A model generated the notes under the pieces. That model was not told the DNA's origin. It did not search any database and saw only the letters and a program-made list of their open reading frames with translations. Shown here piece after piece: positions 59,572 to 64,000 of a stretch of 64,000 nucleotides of DNA (its first letter is position 1; every line of letters starts with the position of its first letter). The position numbers were made by a program, and so were the translations under genes. The DNA comes from Eledone cirrhosa (lineage: Eukaryota), in the NCBI GenBank assembly GCA_964016885.1, contig OZ024755.1, positions 28,954,001-29,018,000 on the forward strand. Direction: 5' to 3'.

Positions 59572-59782
59572 GTATTAAGGATACTATTTATGGTTATGTA
59601 TATAATAAAACCTTATATATTTATATATATTTTAAACCCTAAATAGTGGAAGGCAGTAATTTATTACTATCTTATTACCTCGGTTTGGAGGAAACAATTG
59701 TAAGTAAATAAATGATTTAAACTGAACTTTGATTCATGTAATTTCTATATATATATTTATATATATATATATATATATACGT

Positions 59783-59884
<102 letters not shown>

Positions 59885-59915
59885 GCACACAGAAAGAGAA
59901 AGAGACAGCACAGGA

Positions 59916-59955
<40 letters not shown>

Positions 59956-60409
59956 TGCAAGAGAATGAGTGCGACAATAAGCTTGCTTAAATATCGCTTT
60001 AGTCTTCTGTAGCATAGAGACGTCTTCTTTCCTTTTGTTTCCTTTTTCCATCAGTTATGTTCTAGTTTTTGACTAAATGCAAACATTTTGAAACTGTTCG
60101 TATATTATGAGTAGCCATAGGTATGTGCAGTAAAGTTTTGAATGTGAAATTAGGTCAACATGTCACTTGATATCATTTGTTATCACGTGTTTGTACGTAG
60201 GAGGATATGCAGAAGAAATATTTTAAGCGTCCGGACGCGCAATCATAGGGACACAGGAAAAACATATTGCAATACAATTACAGAATAGCTTTCAGGAATA
60301 TATACATACACTACACATACATTGACACAAATACACACAGAGACACACAGAGACACACAGAGACACACAGACAGAGGCACAGAAATACAAAAACTAGCAA
60401 ACGCATATA

Positions 60410-60561
<152 letters not shown>

Positions 60562-60562
60562 T

Positions 60563-60615
<53 letters not shown>

Positions 60616-60620
60616 TACAC

Positions 60621-60651
<31 letters not shown>

Positions 60652-60731
60652 TATATATATGTGTGTGTATGTATATATGTATGTATGAAGTTCATAGTTT
60701 TATATGTGTATACACGCACACACACACACAC

Positions 60732-60763
<32 letters not shown>

Positions 60764-60764
60764 G

Positions 60765-60955
60765 TAGGAAAAAGTATGACGCGGACGGCAGAGCTCAAGC
60801 GGTTTCGCCGGCTATTTCTCAGAAATAGCCGGCGAAAAGGATTGAGCTCTGCCATTGGGGTCATACTTTTTCCTATTACCCACTCTACTACCCTAAGTAT
60901 TGAGTACTCTGGTGCGTTATGGTCCATCTGGTTCCTTACCACAATTCCTTCGTTT
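60765..60955 (+). mobile_element. Family A palindrome plus tail
   Basis: Centred on gccggctatttct c agaaatagccggc. Confidence 0.88.
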
Positions 60956-60956
60956 T

Positions 60957-61178
<222 letters not shown>

Positions 61179-61755
61179 ACATGTATATAAATATATTATT
61201 TAACAATGATAACACAGGCAAGTTATTTTAGATATTTTATTCATTGTTTTACGATCGTTTCAGAGGGTTGATCATAGCTATATCAGTTAGAGAACTGTAT
61301 ACTATCAGACATACATATATGGGTTCGATCATACCGTCTTCTTCGGAAACAATATATATATTGAAGTTGCTGGTTCTCAGGCGTCTTGTCACTTTATTTA
61401 ATAATCATATATATATATATGTGTATGTATGTCTCTCTCTCTATATATATATATATATCTCTGTCTCTCTCTCTGTATCTTTCTCTCTCTCTCTCTCTTT
61501 ATCCCCCCCCTCTCTCTCTCTCTCTCGCACTGTGATAATAATCCATGTCTATATATATAGAATGCTAATATTAATAAATACAAAGACAAAATTAAAGAGA
61601 GGTCTCTGCAAGAGATGTATATATTTATGAAGATCCGCGAAGGTGAAACAATTGTTCTCGGTATGGTAAACTAACTGTTGTGTAACCACATCTACCTAAT
61701 TCGTCCCTTGGACTGAGTGCTCTAGCACTACGGATATTACCTTCCAGTGTTCCAC

Positions 61756-61807
<52 letters not shown>

Positions 61808-61910
61808 TTCAGGTTATCAATAATGTAGTGATAATATATCGTCACGTTAGAGATGGTCAGCGTACGTGTAGGTTTGTTCAACGAGTATAAATTATAATCC
61901 GGAGAAATGT

Positions 61911-62545
<635 letters not shown>

Positions 62546-63119
62546 GTATATTTAAAATATTTATTATTAGCAGAGATTAACAGTTTAAGCAAACAGTATA
62601 TATAACACAATATGTCTTTCAGTCCATATTTGCCTTCGATATGAGATTGTCGTATGTTAGAGAGAGGAAGTAATAACCTGCTAATTCAAAGTCATACGTA
62701 AACATTTCTCTATAAAAGTTAATAGATGCATTGTAACATTACTATCAAATTATGTATACCTACAATTGAAATCTAAGTACACAGAATTATATCCAAAAAT
62801 ATATTTTTTTTAAATTAACAATACTTTCAAGCCATTCTAAAAAACAAATGGCCCCTCTAGTAACTTGATATCCCAGCATGCTTTCAGTCACAAACGCCGG
62901 CAACAATATTGTCTCGCAGACCAAATAGAACTGCTATAATAGGAATCTATTCATATGAGTACTGGACAGTGAGGTTAAACCAGAAGAATATCAATAGATA
63001 GAAAACGTGTAAACTGGTTATCATATAACTAACTTTGTATCTTTGAAATCTGTATAACGAATTAGATAACATGAAGATGTAAAAATAAAACCGACTCTTA
63101 TATTTATTATAAGAATAGC

Positions 63120-63177
<58 letters not shown>

Positions 63178-63294
63178 TAATAAAAGGAATTCCAACTTTG
63201 TCTGATTTACTCGTTTTATTTTCAATCCTTTAAAATTATAATGATATTATAATGAAATAGTATGGTAGAATATTAAATGTTAATTGAAAAAGTA

Positions 63295-63580
63295 CTTTCA
63301 TGCTGTCGCAATCTTCAGGTTCACAGTCAAGTTTGCAATTTTCAACTGACAGTTGAAAATTGCAAACTTGACTGTCACCACTGAATATGAAGGTTAGTTT
63401 CGAACGAAATCTTCGTAATATTTGTTCGTAGCTGGAAACGTACTGAATAACTAATTGACTTTTGAGTAAGTGTAACGAAAGACAATATTGTTTGACGTGT
63501 ATGGTATAAAACAACTGAATAAATACAAATAAGATTATGATGCCAATTAAGATGATTTTTCGACAACCATTCCTATTCAT
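63295..63580 (-). CDS. Putative first coding exon of a type II membrane (Golgi or secretory) protein
   Basis: About 95 open codons in non-repetitive DNA; short basic N-tail, hydrophobic IILIGIIILFVFIQLFY, then a Cys cluster; possible donor AAA|GTACTT after ...CDSMK. Downstream exons not identified. Confidence 0.5.
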
Positions 63581-64000
63581 TTCTACACTTCATATCCAGC
63601 CCACACATATGAAATATCAGAAATCCTGTCTGAACCACCATAAACCTATTGGCGCTCACCACATGTGTTGACTAATATATAATAAAAGCGACAGTAATGT
63701 CAGCCGTCACATTTTGCATTACCTTTCTATTTATCCTATATTATAGCACGAAGCATTCCGATATATAAATATATAATATAATTAATGTATTCTTTGAATA
63801 ATCCTAGCTTAATAAGAAAACACAGTAGAAGTAATTTTGTGTCGTTTATATGATTTCAACTGAGTTATCGCTATTTGAGATCTAATTAACCGTTTAAATA
63901 GTCTAGTCACTTGCTGTTTACTCTCTATGTACCCAAGGTAATAAACTAGCATCGCATTTTAGAATTTATTAGTTTATACTTTTGTATTTAACATTTCCAA

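Overview
AT-rich, microsatellite-saturated eukaryotic DNA, most likely an octopod (coleoid cephalopod) intron or intergenic region. The organism call is an inference from the tRNA-derived SINEs and RTE-derived elements. Almost all long ORFs in the track are (TA)n/(CA)n/(GA)n artefacts. The only plausible host coding sequence is a minus-strand first exon at about 63.3-63.6 kb encoding a type II membrane-anchored N-terminus. The rest is a mosaic of about 22 copies or fragments of one tRNA-SINE, decayed LINEs (RTE, R4/Dong, CR1-group), Tc1/mariner, hAT and piggyBac-type MITEs, and minisatellites. The most striking signal is a dense set of short non-coding elements sitting between (TA)n tracts that carry type I hammerhead ribozyme (HHR) folds. 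There are about 11 near-intact motifs and many degenerate or half motifs from several families, with palindromic stem III as in Penelope-like-element and retrozyme HHRs. Many occur as fold-back palindromes. The most abundant family (at least 12 loci) keeps only the 3' half of the ribozyme and is usually mirrored at the putative stem II loop, so the CUGANGA box is absent. Back-to-back chimeras of different HHR families, a split HHR and a candidate HDV-like ribozyme at the 5' end of a bipartite RTE derivative are also present. All folds were deduced by eye. No activity data or database searches support them.
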